Positions 49,483 through 61,873 of a stretch of 64,000 nucleotides of DNA are shown here, piece after piece. The stretch's first letter is position 1. Each line of letters begins with the position of its first letter. The stretch lies in contig NW_015164665.1 of NCBI RefSeq assembly GCF_001447785.1, forward strand, positions 1,421,008 to 1,485,007. The letters are read 5' to 3'. The notes under the pieces were generated by a model. That model worked only from the letters and a program-made list of their open reading frames with translations, was not told the origin of the DNA and ran no database searches. The DNA comes from Gekko japonicus (Eukaryota). A program made the position numbers and the translations under genes.

Positions 49483-49927
49483 GATTACCTCACATCAGTT
49501 TGGCAGACACCCCAGCCAGACACCAATTTATAGGACAACCTCAGTGTTGTCATTTTATCATTTGGGGAGAATTCAGGTTTGATTTGATCTTCCTTCATAC
49601 ACTGATAAAAATTGCTGTCTTTGATTGCTGGTCTTCACTAGTCAAAGTGGGCAAAGACCTAATTTCTGTGTGGCAGCCTAACACCGGAGCCAAAGTCTCT
49701 AAAAGTCAGAGTGAGCAAAATCTTGATTCAAGCACTAGCAACAAGAGGTTACATACCTCTTATACTTGATGACATTGCTGGTATAGGCTCTGAAACGAAC
49801 ATGAGGTCCAAATCAGGTTGGAAATGAAGAGTTTAATCCACAAAGAACCCAGAAAAAATGTCATTGTGAGATGGTTCATACATATGGTTTACTTCCAGTG
49901 GTTCAGTTTTGGAGCTTAGTGAATCTT

Positions 49928-50460
49928 AGGGTCAGGTCACACGGACATTTAGTGCGGGCTTCGCTGCTGATCCCTCGCGCATTGAAGTTTCCTGTCTATA
50001 TAGGCAAACCCACCTTCCACATTGAAGTGGGCTGAGTCCTGCGGTTTCCGCACTTTTTATCCACGTTTTCTGACACCCGTTGGAACAGGTGTTTTCCCGA
50101 TATCTCGCGCTTTGTATCCATGGTTTTGGTATCTGGACAGCAATCCGCCGTGACCACACTACCTTCCCCCCCCTTTTTTTGGTTTCTGGTTTAAGTTATG
50201 CGCATGTGCAAACAGGCGCTAGCTTTTATTTTGGTCTTTTTAGTTTGTATGTATGTGCATGGGAAGGCAAGCGTATGTGCAGGGTTTTTTTTAAAAAAAA
50301 ACACGCCGCCGTGGGGACGGCGTGCTGTGTGAACAGTACTTCGCGCGAGTGAAGCAGAAGACAGAGGGACCGTCTGACCACCTCCAAGCAATATAAAATG
50401 TTGCGGATAGAAGAACTGCGGGAAAACTTGCGCGATAACAGGTCCGTGTGACCAGAGCCT
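49928..50460. mobile_element. Young CpG-rich PIF/Harbinger-type MITE
   Basis: Ends agggtcaggtcacacggac / gtccgtgtgaccagagcct (17 of 19 inverted match); tta on the left; CpGs retained. Confidence 0.8.
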
Positions 50461-51259
50461 TGAAGTGGTCAGAAAAGCTCAGGTGAATAAGACTGACCTA
50501 ATACACTGCTGGCAGGGAAAAAAAGATTTCTTCACTGCCATGACTACAAATGAGTTCTATGGCATGTTCAGTTAGCTTCAGTATGAGCCCTCTGTCGATG
50601 TGTCAGACAATGTATCCCTAACCATTTCATGTCTGCTGGCTTCTCAGCAAGTTAGGGAACAGGAAACCTACCATATGGAAGATGAAGATGATAGGGGAAC
50701 TCTATTAATTGCCCCGGTCAATCAAAAGTACTGGTTGAATTGTCATCATAGTCACTCAAACTATCGTTCCAGAGTGATGTGGGATCCAGTTGAATCCATA
50801 AGTCTCATACAATGGATCATTCTGTCACTGATATTTTTCTCCAATTAACTGTGGGTCTATCGTAATAGGTGTATTGTCTTAACTGCCCAACATATGGAAT
50901 TAATTATTTAATTGTTTTGATTATAAATTGATTAATAAGAGACTGGTATAGCCTTAAGTGAATTTTGCCAATGATTCATCAGCCTTTATTTAAATAACTG
51001 GCTGACGTAAAGGGGGGAAGAAAAAGAAAGGAAAAGAAAAAGGCAACCGTGGGCTATCAAGTTAAACTGTATGGGCTGTAAGGGTATTATTTAGAGTAAA
51101 TTAAGGGTTAGTGTGCAATATCAAATTTAAGAACAGGTTGTAGTTAAGCAAGCAGGGCAATCTTTAAGTGGCACATAAGGGAGTACTAACTCCAGCCATT
51201 TTAGTGGTCGGTCTGAGGGCCTAGCCAGTTGTGGCTAGCAAAGACCACCAGGTGTGGCG

Positions 51260-54200
51260 ATGACCGGGCAGGGAATTCCAGTGCTCTTGGGGAGGGGAAA
51301 GTATAGTGGTGGGACCAGGCATGGAGTCAAGGGAAGGGGACTGAGAAGTTAGCTCAGCCCCCTTCCAGCCTGAGTCCCATCCCAAAGGTTGTATGCAGTG
51401 GGGCTAGGATAAATGACCCCTCTCCGACATTGGTGTTGTATAATGCCAGGTCTATAAATAATAAGACCACGGTCCTTCAGGACTTTCTGCTTGAGCAGAA
51501 GGTAGACCTGGCATGCATGACCAAGACCTGGGTGCGAGATGGAGAGATAGTAGCTCTCTCCCAGCTAGCTCCCCCCGGGTTCTCGGTCCTTCACCAATCG
51601 CGGACTAGAGGGCAGGGGGGAGGAGTGGTTCTATTCATCCGGGAGGCTTACTCCTTCAGGGCGCTTCCGCTGCCTAAGATCATGGGCATTGAGTGTGCTG
51701 GCCTGGTATGGGAGACTGGGGAAAGTTTAGTGGTTTGGCTAGTGTATCAACCACCCAACACACCGGCCATTAACTTGCCATCCCTGATGGAGGCCATATC
51801 AGGCTGGGCACTGGAACACCCTAGACTGATAGTCTTGGACAATTTCAATGTCCATGCCGATTATGCGACTTCTATTCAGGCAACGGACCTGGTTTCGTCC
51901 ATGGTGGCACTGGGACTCTCCCAATATGTGACGACCCCCACTCACCAAGCTGGGCACATGCTCGATTTGATCTTTGCGGCGGGGGTAACTGTGGAGTGCA
52001 TCACTGCCTCGGCAGTGCCATGGTCAGACCACCTTGCCCTGAAGGCCCGGCTAAATGTCCCACCCCAACCCCGGTTGGGCAGCGAACTTATTTTAGCTCA
52101 CCCGCGGAGCCAAATAGACCCAATGCAGCTTCATATGGCTCTTCGGGATCCAATGCCCCCTGGCAGCTTGCTAGATGAGCTAGTTGAGGACTGGCATTGC
52201 CGGTTCTCAGTGGCCATCGACAAGATCGCTCCCTGATGCCCTCTGGGCCCTCATTCTAATCTTGCACCCTGGTACACCCAGGAGTTGCGGCTTATGAAAT
52301 GAGGGCTAAGACGGTTAGAGAGACAGTGGTGGTGCACCCGCGATGAAGCTACAAAAGCATCTTATAGGACGTTTATGAGATCCTATGAAATGGCAGTCAA
52401 AGCTGCAAAGAAGGATTACTTCACAGGTACAATTGCGTCTGCAAGCTCACGCCCAGCCCAATTCAGTTCATTACTACCTTGCTACAAGGCAAGCCAAATG
52501 CTAGGGAATTGGATATTGGCTGTGAGGCCTTTGTGAGCTACTTCACAGATAAAGTCTTGTTGATCCGCTGTGACCTCCCTGCCACATTTGAAACAGTGAG
52601 TGAGCTCAAGGCCCCATGCATGTCTTCTGGTCTGGTTATGGATCATTTTGATCAGCTCAGCCTAGAGAAAGTTGACAAATTGTTTCTAACTGTACGCCAC
52701 ACAACTTGCTCCCTGGATCCATGCCCTTTGTGGCTGATTAAAGCTGGCCGCGTTGGGTATCAAGGTGCCCTTAGGGAAATTGTCAACAAGTCCCTCTTAG
52801 AGGGGCTGTTCCCAGAAGCACTCAAGGAAGCAGTGGTACATCCTCTCCTTAAAAAAACAAATTTGGACCTGGCCGAATTGGCAAATTACCAGCTGGTTTC
52901 CAACTTGCCCTATTTGGGCAATCTAATAGAGAGGGTGGTGGTGATGCAGCTCCAGAGCTTTTTGGATGATGCTTCCATCTTAGATCCCTTCCAGTCCGGC
53001 TTTCACCTGGGTCATGGAACGGAGATGGCACTGGTCGCCGTCACAGATGATCTCCGGAGGCATCTGGATCAAGGCGGATCGATGGTGCTGTTGCTGTTGG
53101 ACCTATCGGCTGCGTTCACCACGGTTGACCATCAGTCAGTGGCCCACCACCTTGCCAACAATGGAATCCAAGGGCTTGCCTTGCAGTGGCTTGTCTCCTT
53201 CCTCTAAGGCTGGGGACAAAGGGTGGCGCTGGGGAAACAGCTCTCCCGGAGGCATCCACTTGACTGCGGAGTGCCTCAGGGGGCGGTGCTGTCCCCAATG
53301 TTATTTAACATCTACACGCACCCCCTTGCCCAGATAGCACGGAGACATGGGCTGGGCTGTCACCAGTATGTTTATGACACCCAGCTCTATCTGTTTTTGG
53401 GTGGTCGGTCCGACTCCAAATCGGAAGATCTTGACTGGGCGTTACAAGACATGGTTGGCTGACTTAGACTGAAGTTGAATCCGACAAAGATGGAAGTCCT
53501 GTGCCTGAGTCGGGGCAGACCGGGGGTAGGGATCCCAGTCCTGACCTTCAATGGGGCGCCGTTGGTGCCAGCGCCGGAGGTTAGGAGTTTGGCAGTGCTA
53601 CTGGATGCCTCCTTAACAATGGAGAACCAGGTGGCAGCCACTGCCAAGTCGGCCTTTTATCATCTTCGGCTGATTAGGCAGTTGGTTCCCTTCCTTGAAC
53701 GCAATGACTTGGCAACGATGATCCATGCGATGGTCACCTCGAGATTGGACTACTGTAATGCTCTCTACATGGGCCTGCCCTTATTGCAAATTTGGAAGCT
53801 ACAGCTGGTGCAAAATGCAGCAGCCAGGCTGTTAATGGGCCTCCCAATACGGGAGCACATTCAACCTGTGCTGAAGCAACTGCACTGGCTACCGATAGCA
53901 TACCGAATTTGCTTTAAGGTGCTGGTTCTTACCTTTAAAGCCCTACATGGTCAGGGACCTACATACTTGAGGGACTGCCTTTTCCCACATGTTCCCCAGA
54001 GAGCACTGTGATCAGGGTCTCAACATCGACTCACCCTTCCTGGACCAAAGGATGCCAGGCTAGCTATAACCAGGGCTAGGGCATTCTCGGTGGTGGCTCC
54101 TCTCTGGTGGAGCTCCCGGAGTAGATCAGGGCCCTGCAGGACCTTATGCAGTTCCACAGGGTCTGCAAAACGGAGCTGCCTTGAGCAGACAGTGACCTAT

Positions 54201-54617
54201 GGTGAAAAGAACATGACAACTGTCTAATACCAACTTAACCACACACCAAATTACCATATTTTACCAATGCAGAAAAGGACAAAAATTGTAATGTTCCATA
54301 TACATTGGGCACCCGGGGGGGGGGGAAATTTTGCCCCCCCGGAATGCCCCCTGGAATTTAAAGCAGCCTGAGCCAGCTGCACGATTAGATCGGGACTGAC
54401 CGCCAGAAAGGTAAGGAAGTGGAATGTCATCTCATTAAATTATTATCTGCTAATGACATTTGTCTGTCATCAGTTAGCACCTTTTAATGTTATAAATGTT
54501 TTATGATTTCATGATTTCTATATTATTTATTGTTGTTTTACTTTTCTGTAAGCCACCCTGAGCCGGCCGTTGCTGGGAGGGCGGGGTATAAGTCTGATAA
54601 ATAAATAAATAAAATAA
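51260..54617 (+). mobile_element. Near-full-length L2 LINE, inactive APE-RT pseudo-ORF
   Basis: APE motifs YNARSI, CMTKTW, GGGV, DNFNVH, H.LDLIF, WSDH (51430-52236). RT motifs DPFQSGF, LLDLSAAF, GVPQGAVLSP, with YADD mutated to YVYD. C-terminal SRLDYCN, QNAAARLL, LHWLP. Multiple stops and frameshifts; (TAAA)n tail. Confidence 0.97.
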
Positions 54618-54776
54618 GTAGCAGGTAAATCAAAATATGCCTTGAGTAGACAGTGACCTGTAGTGAAAAAACCACGACAACTGTCTAATACCAATTTAAC
54701 CACACACCAAATTACCATATTTTACCAATGCAGAAAAGGACAAAAATGTGTAATGTTCCATATACATTGGGCACCC
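54177..54776 (+). repeat. 138-bp direct duplication bracketing the L2 3' tail
   Basis: 54177-54314 and 54638-54776 align with about 8 differences. Confidence 0.95.
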
Positions 54777-57529
54777 AATGAAATCCTGAGCCAGACCCAA
54801 TAAGGTGAATATGGATGGATTTTGAAGTCCCCCACTAATATGAATTTAGGGAGCTCCACACTGGGTCAATGATCACTTATGCCAATTCAGTTTAAACAGC
54901 AAGACCATTACATAACTGAATATACAGTAAACCAGTTCAGTTCCTAATCTCTCCCTGAAACCAAATACACAATTAAAACCAACCAGTCTGCTCTGGGTAA
55001 CTATGCAAGGAGAAAGTTTCTAAGGACTATAGCTGCATCCCTCTCTGTTCTTTAAAATGAAGTCGATGATGAACTAAAACCCAGTCAGAGCAAATTGGTC
55101 TTAAACAACGGTCAGTTTTTAAAAATCCTTGGTCTTATAGGGTCAAGTCCCATCTCAGGCTTTTGCTTTTCTTCTCCATTAAGCCAGCCATCTGAAGGCA
55201 TTATTTACATTTGGGTAAGCCTCAGCTGCTCCAGGAACATAACCTACAGATGCATTTCCAACTGCCTTCTTGAGGAGAGGACACCACACTCCTATAATGT
55301 ACAATTAATTCTCTGCAACAAATACTTCTGGATATCCAGGGTGATTATATGATTGCCTGGCAGTTGTAAATGCAACTGTTTGTTTTGTAAAACTAATCCT
55401 TTGTAGCAAGCATATAACAATACATCTAATTCTCAACATGGCCCCATCTGTAGATACTTTAATCCAGAGACTGGGACCATGGACAGACAAGGCAGAGAAA
55501 AGGCAGCAGGGAGAGGCAAGGATTTGGGGTCTCTCTGGAGGACGGAAAGAGGAAATAGGCTGAGGAGGTGATAGAGGGGAAAGTGAAGTACCTTCCATAA
55601 GTCATTACATGTTCCCCACTGCCTAACTGCACCTGGCCCAGCCAGCACCATGCAACTCACCCAAAGTTTTCCCAGAGTGAATCTGCCAGGAGGAGGGGAA
55701 AAGGCAAAGCTGAAAAGAAGGGGGCTGATAAAGATAGATTGGCTGGTGAGTGAGAAGGAGGGAAGGAAGCAGGAAAAGGAGAGATGCTATAGGGGCTTTC
55801 ATGAAATGGAAAAAGGAAATAGTGGGGAAGGGGGAAATGAAATGCCCCCCACAAGTCCTGATGGGTCTCTCACTTGATGAGAGGCTTTATGATAGGCTTC
55901 TCTTTCTGCCGCTCTTTTCTAAAGCCATTAGATATTTTTGAAATGCTGACTTTTATCTTCTAATGTGGAAGCATTTGCAGCTCTTTCCCTCATACAAAGA
56001 AGATATTCTTTGTCTTCCCATTTTTATCTTAATTTTGATTAGCAAAAACATCTCAATCTCTTTAAATGTTCTTTATATTCCTTACTGCACATGCCATCAC
56101 AGCATTCACCTAAGCAACTTTATTCTTAACTCGCCCCGTTTCTTTCATAGTGTGCGATATGAGCCTTTGCTTGCTTGTTAATTTCGTTTTAATTATTAAG
56201 CACTGTGATAGCTTTAACTGTTTTTTAAGCTATCCGTATCAGCCCTGATTCAGTTGTTTTCATGGAAGAGCTTTTGCTTAAGATTTGAGTTTTGCTCTTC
56301 TTTGTGTGGGTGATTGGGGAAAAGGCTTAAAGAACATCTGTATCAGTTTGGTATTACCCTTCCTAATCGAAGAGGCACTTGGCATCCTCCCAGTTCCCAA
56401 CCATTTCATTTCTTTAAAAACCCAGCTGTGATACCTCATTTAGGATGATAAAAATAAACAAAGTCAGGTCCACTAGATAATATTTTCACAAATAATACTC
56501 AAAACCTCAAGTTATGTCAGCTGTTTATTTTGCCTAGCTGCTCTTTAAGAGCATCACAAACAACTAATGCAACACAAATTATTGTACAAACCTTGCCAGT
56601 TAAGATTTATGCATTTAAAAAAAAATCCAATAGAGGAAATCTCAGCGATGGCATAAATTTTATGTTATAATTTCTGCATAATTCCTGGTCCCTTAGTCCT
56701 ATTTCACTTTATTGCCCTTGCAACTAGGCATAATCTATAATTTATTAACTGTTTTATTTCCCCCCTTTTTCCCCCCAGCTGAAGCAACATTATTTTGCTC
56801 ATGTGTAATTTTCATGGCTACATCGAGAAAAAGCAGTTCTTTTTTAAAAAATCTACAATAGATTACAATGCAAGAAGCACTGGCAAAACTAGCAAATATT
56901 GACCTTGTTTTACCATGCTCATGAATAAACCAACTGAAGTCATTTTAGAAGGTCATGAATTAATGAACATAATTTTACTCTAGGTAACTTCATTCTTTAA
57001 GTAATATTTCAATGTGGCTCACTTTGGTTGTGTCAGTGTGCATGACACAGCAATGGGTCCAGACACATCATAGCTACCCAAAATGGTCTCAAGGAGGCTC
57101 TTAGTGGCAGGATAAGCCAAGTTCTTGCCTCACATGAAATAACTGCCCTGTGGCAGTTCTTAGATCTGCATATAAATCAGAATACATGTGTGTCAGTTAG
57201 CTGCATGGATTGCCTACCATGTATAGGAGGCTTTTTTTATTGCTTACTGACATTTTGTAGTGGTTTGAAGGCAGCTTGTGGCAATGACTGATTGCCATGG
57301 TGATTCAGCATGACTACAATGTCAGATCACTTGCAGTTTATTAATTGTATGCTGGCTTTCTAAAATATGTCTAAAGTTAAATTTTAGTTAAACCATACTG
57401 CCATTGATAAAGCAAGAGGAGGCGACATTTTGGTTACTTGTTGAAAGAGAACAGTTTTACTACTTGTCTTTTGGAGGGTATGAAATGGTCATCTGTCGAG
57501 CATCAGAAGCAATATACAAGGATAGATAA

Positions 57530-57872
57530 GCAGAAGACTTTCACCCACTATGAAGGAACTCTTCTGGGGAGAGAGTTCCAGAGTTTTTGTGCCACAACCT
57601 AGAAGGCCCCTCCAGGTTACTATCCATCTAATCTCAGAAGGCAGAACTTCTGAAGCAGAGCCATAGAAGCGGACTGTAGCTGTCAGATATGTTCATAAGG
57701 GAGTAGGCAGTCCTTCAGGTTTGTTGGTCCTAAGCCATATAGGGCTTTAAAGGTAAACAAATTAAATTGTGCCCAGAAATTTTGAATCAGTGTGGATGGA
57801 CCAAGACTAGAATTATACGCTCCCTGTGACCCATTCCAATCAACATCCTGGCAGCAGCATTCTAAACCAGTT
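57530..57872 (-). mobile_element. Old L2 fragment
   Basis: Minus strand V*NAAARML (ggcagcagcattctaaacc) and ggctttaaagg (FKAL) motifs. Confidence 0.7.
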
Positions 57873-57884
57873 CTTTCTTTCTTT

Positions 57885-60005
57885 GATTTCTAGCTGCCCC
57901 CCCCCCCCCCCCACATAGCAGGTTCAGGGTAGGTTACAACAGTATCATGAAACAATACAGTACTATAGTTAAAACATAAATATAAACAATCATTAAACCC
58001 CCAAAATAAACATCAATCAATAATGCAATCAATAATGCAATCACGTAGCAATCACCAATTGATACTTCTATTCCCAGATAAATGCCACATACGCAGGGGT
58101 CATTTCCTGCAGGAGTGCACAGGAGCAGAGCTCCGGCAGTAAAGAGCCCAGGGGGTGGGCACATGCAACAAGCCACACCCCCTGCTCCCAGCAGCCCTCA
58201 GTCAGAGCAAGAAGCAGCCAGGTAAGTTGCAGAGCTCCCCCAGTCCAAAACAGTCCAGGGGCACCTTTAAGACCCAGTTTTATTCAGGTACAAGCTCTCC
58301 CTCCTCTGCGAGGACAGATCTGTACGTTCCTCCCCCCCCCTAATAGCTAGGAATCCAAAACAGTCCAGTGGAGCCTGAGTGGTGGGTGTTGCCTTCTGAC
58401 ACACTTCCGGTGATGTCAGGGGGTGTGGCATATGCAAATAGGTTATGCTAATGAGCTCCTGTATCTCTTTTTCTATGAAATGACCCCTGCACATGCGTAT
58501 GCAGTAGATGGTAACTAAATACTGAGGGCATGAGCAATTGAGAAGAACAATGTAAGATGGAACAAAGCAGGGGGAGGCCAATACTGATAGATCTCTGCTG
58601 CCTGAACCATAGGCCTGGAACATCTCTGTTTTACGGGTCCTAAGGAACTGCATTAAATCCCAAAGGGCCTGGGTCTCTCTTGGGAGAGTGTTCCACCAGG
58701 CTGGGATCAGAGCTGAAAAAGTTCTGGCTCTGGTTGATGTTAAGCAGACCTCCTTTGGGCCAGGGATCACCAGTAGATGTTGATCCATAGAGCGTAGCGC
58801 TCTTTGAGGGACATACCAGGAGAGACAGCTTGAAACTATATTGGTCCCAGACCACATAGGTCTTCAAAGGTTAAGACCAGAACCTTGAACTTGACTCAGT
58901 ATTCAGCTGAGAGCCAGTGCAGCTGGCAGCACACCAGATGTATATGGGCTCTTAGTTGTGTTCCTATGAGGACACATGCGGCTGCATTCTGAACCAGCTG
59001 AAGTTTCTGGATCAATCTCAAGGGTAGCCCTGCATACAGTGAGTTACAGTAGTTGAGCCTGGAGGAGACCATTGCATGGATCACTGTGGCTAAGTCATGG
59101 GGCGAAAGGTAAGGAATCATTTGCCTGACCTGACAAAGATGGGAAAATGCTGATCTAGCAATATTTGTGATTTGGGCCTCCAGTAACAGTGAAGCATATA
59201 AAATCATGCCCCAACTCTTCACTGTTGATGCTGGTGTTAGGAGTTAGGAGTCAAGAGTTAGGAGATGGATCCCTGATCCCATTCCCCACCGGCTCAGGCA
59301 CAGGACCTCCATCTTCAATGGATTTAATTTCAGTCAACTCTGTTTTAACCACCCAGCCATGGCATCCAAACCCCTGGCCAAAATATTTTGGGCAGTGCCT
59401 GGTTGGCCATTCATTGACAGCTGGGTGTCACCAGCATACTGGTGGCAGCCCAGCCCTAAGAGCTGCACCAGCTGGGTGAAGGGGCACATATAGATGTTAA
59501 ATAATATGGGAGAGAGGATCCCCCTTGCAGGACACCGCATACCAATGGGTAATGCAGTGAAACCTTCTCCCCTAGTGCCACCCTCTGTCTCCAACTGTGG
59601 AGAAATGAGACAAGCCACTGCAAAGTTGTCCCACATATTCCACACATCAGTGAGGCAATGGGTCATAAGATTGTGATCAACCATATCAAACTGCTGTTAG
59701 GTCAAGTAATAACAGCAGCATCAATCCGCCTCAATCCAGATGTCTGCGGAGGTCATCTATGAGGACGACCAATGCCATCTCTGTTCTGTTCTGTTCTTTG
59801 TTCCAGCCCAGACTGGAATGGATCCAGGATAGAGAAATCTTGCAGGAAAACCTGGAGCTGTTCTGCTGCTGCTCTCTCAACTACCTTACCCAGGAACGAA
59901 GGATTTGAAACTGGGTGGTAGTTGACTGGATCAGTTGGATCCAGACATGGTTTCTTTAAGAGTGGCCTCACCACTGCTTCATTTAAAGTCCCTGGGAAAG
60001 TTTCT
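57885..60005 (-). mobile_element. 5'-truncated L2 LINE interrupted by a MITE
   Basis: VRPLLKKPCLDP..NYHPVSN..DPFQSG, GCHQYAGDTQL, SRLNYCNSLY, LQLVQNAAA, ARTFS..WWNTLP; tail near 57885-57940. Confidence 0.93.
58094..58489. mobile_element. hAT-type MITE inside the L2 3' UTR
   Basis: TIRs caggggtcattt / aaatgacccctg; TSD cacatacg / cacatgcg (7 of 8). Confidence 0.9.
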
Positions 60006-60039
60006 GAATGCTTTTCAAGGACATATAGTTCACTGTAGT

Positions 60040-60842
60040 AAACAAGTCTGAATGAGAAGTGAAAGCTGCACTCGAAGCTAGTGGGAGAAATAAATCACAG
60101 ATGGGATATCAATATAGGTATTTCAAGCCACAGAAATAGAGTCCATCAAAATCTTAACAAGAATATATGAACAAATATGGAAAATAAAACAATGGTCCAC
60201 AGACTGGAAACACTCTATCTACATTCCAATCCCAAGACATCAAAGACTGCAGCAACTATTGGACCATTGCATGAATCTCTCATGTGAGTAAAGTGATGCT
60301 CAGAATCTTGGGGGGGAAATTGTTGGTCTTAAAGGTGACGTTGGACTCTAACTTTGTGGTATTGCTTCAGACCAACACGGCTGCCCACCTTGATCTTTCA
60401 GAATCTTACAACATTGTTACCATATATGGAACAAGAAATGCCAGATATTCAAGTTGGGCAGAAAAGGAAGAGACGCTAGAGATAATACTGCAAACTGATA
60501 CATTTGAAATGTGGTGTTGGAGGAGAGTTTTATGGGTACCATGAACTGCTGAAAAGACAAATCAAATCAAGCCTGAACTCTCCCTAGAGGCTAAAATGAC
60601 CAGACTGGGGCTATTGTACTTTGGGCACATTGTGAGAAGGCAAGAGAAGGCAAGAGACAATAATGCTAGGAAAAGTTGAAGCTAGCAGGAAAAGATGAGA
60701 TGGATCAACTCAATAAAGGGAGCCATGTCCCTCAGTTTGCAAGACTTGAGTAAGGCTGTTAACGATATGACATTTGGGAGGTCCTTAACTCAAAGGGTCG
60801 CCCTAAGTCAGAAGCAACTTGACAGCACTTATCACACACAAA
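60040..60842 (+). mobile_element. Internally deleted RTE/BovB-clade LINE
   Basis: QIWKIKQWSTDWKHSIYIPIPK, DCSNYWTIA, SHVSKVMLRIL, then a jump to FEMWCWRRVL. 3' end gggtcgccctaagtcagaagcaacttgacagcact. Confidence 0.9.
60310..60397 (+). mobile_element. Penelope-like terminal fragment inserted in the RTE
   Basis: aaattgttggtcttaaaggtg..cagaccaacacggctgcccacc resembles the 32873-33084 arms. 10-bp TSD tcagaatctt (60300-60309, 60398-60407). Confidence 0.8.
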
Positions 60843-61086
60843 GTAATCTAATCTAGTTATACCCAGGGCCTGTACCACAGTGGGCAGATCTTTTCTGCTC
60901 AAGAAAGGCTGCTGCTGAAGGTGCTAAATCCGGCTGCTAAAGGTGAAGCTGCTCCTAGCAACATCTTACTTCTGCTAATCCAACAGTAGGCCTAGGCCCA
61001 AGAAGACCCCCTTCCCCAGACTACAGGCCTCTTCCTTGAAGGGGAGTGCAACCCTTTTTAGAATGGGTGACATCTTAAGCCCTGGG

Positions 61087-61873
61087 TAGGAATGGGCACG
61101 AACCACATTTTTGCAGTTCAGTTCATGGTTCATGCAGGGCCATATTAACCCACAGCCGGGGCCCTAGGCTTTCAGGTATTTTGGGGGCCTTCCGGCAACT
61201 TTACAAAATGTCTATGAAGAGAAAATAACAGTGCCTTGGCAAAAAAATAATGATGATGGGCCCCTAGTCCCTATGGGCCCCTAGGCTTCAGCCCAGTCAG
61301 CCTTATGGATCATAGAGCCCTGGGTTCATGGCTGAACCATGAAACTATACAAACTGGAAGGTTGGTTTGTGAACTGAATTGGTTTGTATGGGTTTGTAAC
61401 CCCTGCAGAAAGCAGGAGTTTAAATTGCTCCCAGCCACTTAAACCAAACAGCTGAGCAGTGGTCCATCACTCAGCTGTTTGGTTTAAGTGGCCCAGAGCT
61501 AAACCCAAGAAAGCCCCATTAATCAGCTGAGCCTCCTGGAACTGAACAATTTGCTCTGCATTTCTCAACTGTTTAAACATACTTTCTTGGGCAGTTTTCT
61601 CCATGCCTCTCAGCTGTTTAAAAGGGCTTTCTTGGGCAGCGAGACCCCGGGGCTTGCTGCCAAAGAAAGTCCCTTTAAACAGCTGAGAGGCATGGAGCCA
61701 TTTAAACTTTAAAGGGACTGCACCAGAAAGCCCAAAACAGCTGAGTGGCAGGGAGCTCCAGCTGCTCAGATGTTTTTGTGGCTTTCTGCTCTGACCGGGA
61801 ACTGCCATGAACTGCTTCAAAAAATTGTGGAAGTCTTTTATGGTAGATCCATCACAGTTTGTGCACATTCCTA
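61087..61873. mobile_element. hAT-type MITE (TAGGGATGGGC family)
   Basis: Ends taggaatgggcac / gtgcacattccta; TSD gccctggg / gtcctggg (7 of 8). Confidence 0.9.
61135..61322. mobile_element. hAT-type MITE nested in the previous MITE
   Basis: Ends cagggc / gccctg; perfect 8-bp TSD ggttcatg (61127-61134, 61323-61330). Confidence 0.9.

Noticed and set aside
51213-51245. Hammerhead-like CTGAGGG-stem-CAAA in the L2 leader
   Set aside because: Core positions deviate and the flanks pair with each other as a plain hairpin, so stems I and III cannot form.
51430-54011. L2 ORFs as a functional or domesticated gene
   Set aside because: Fragmented by stops and frameshifts; catalytic YADD changed to YVYD.
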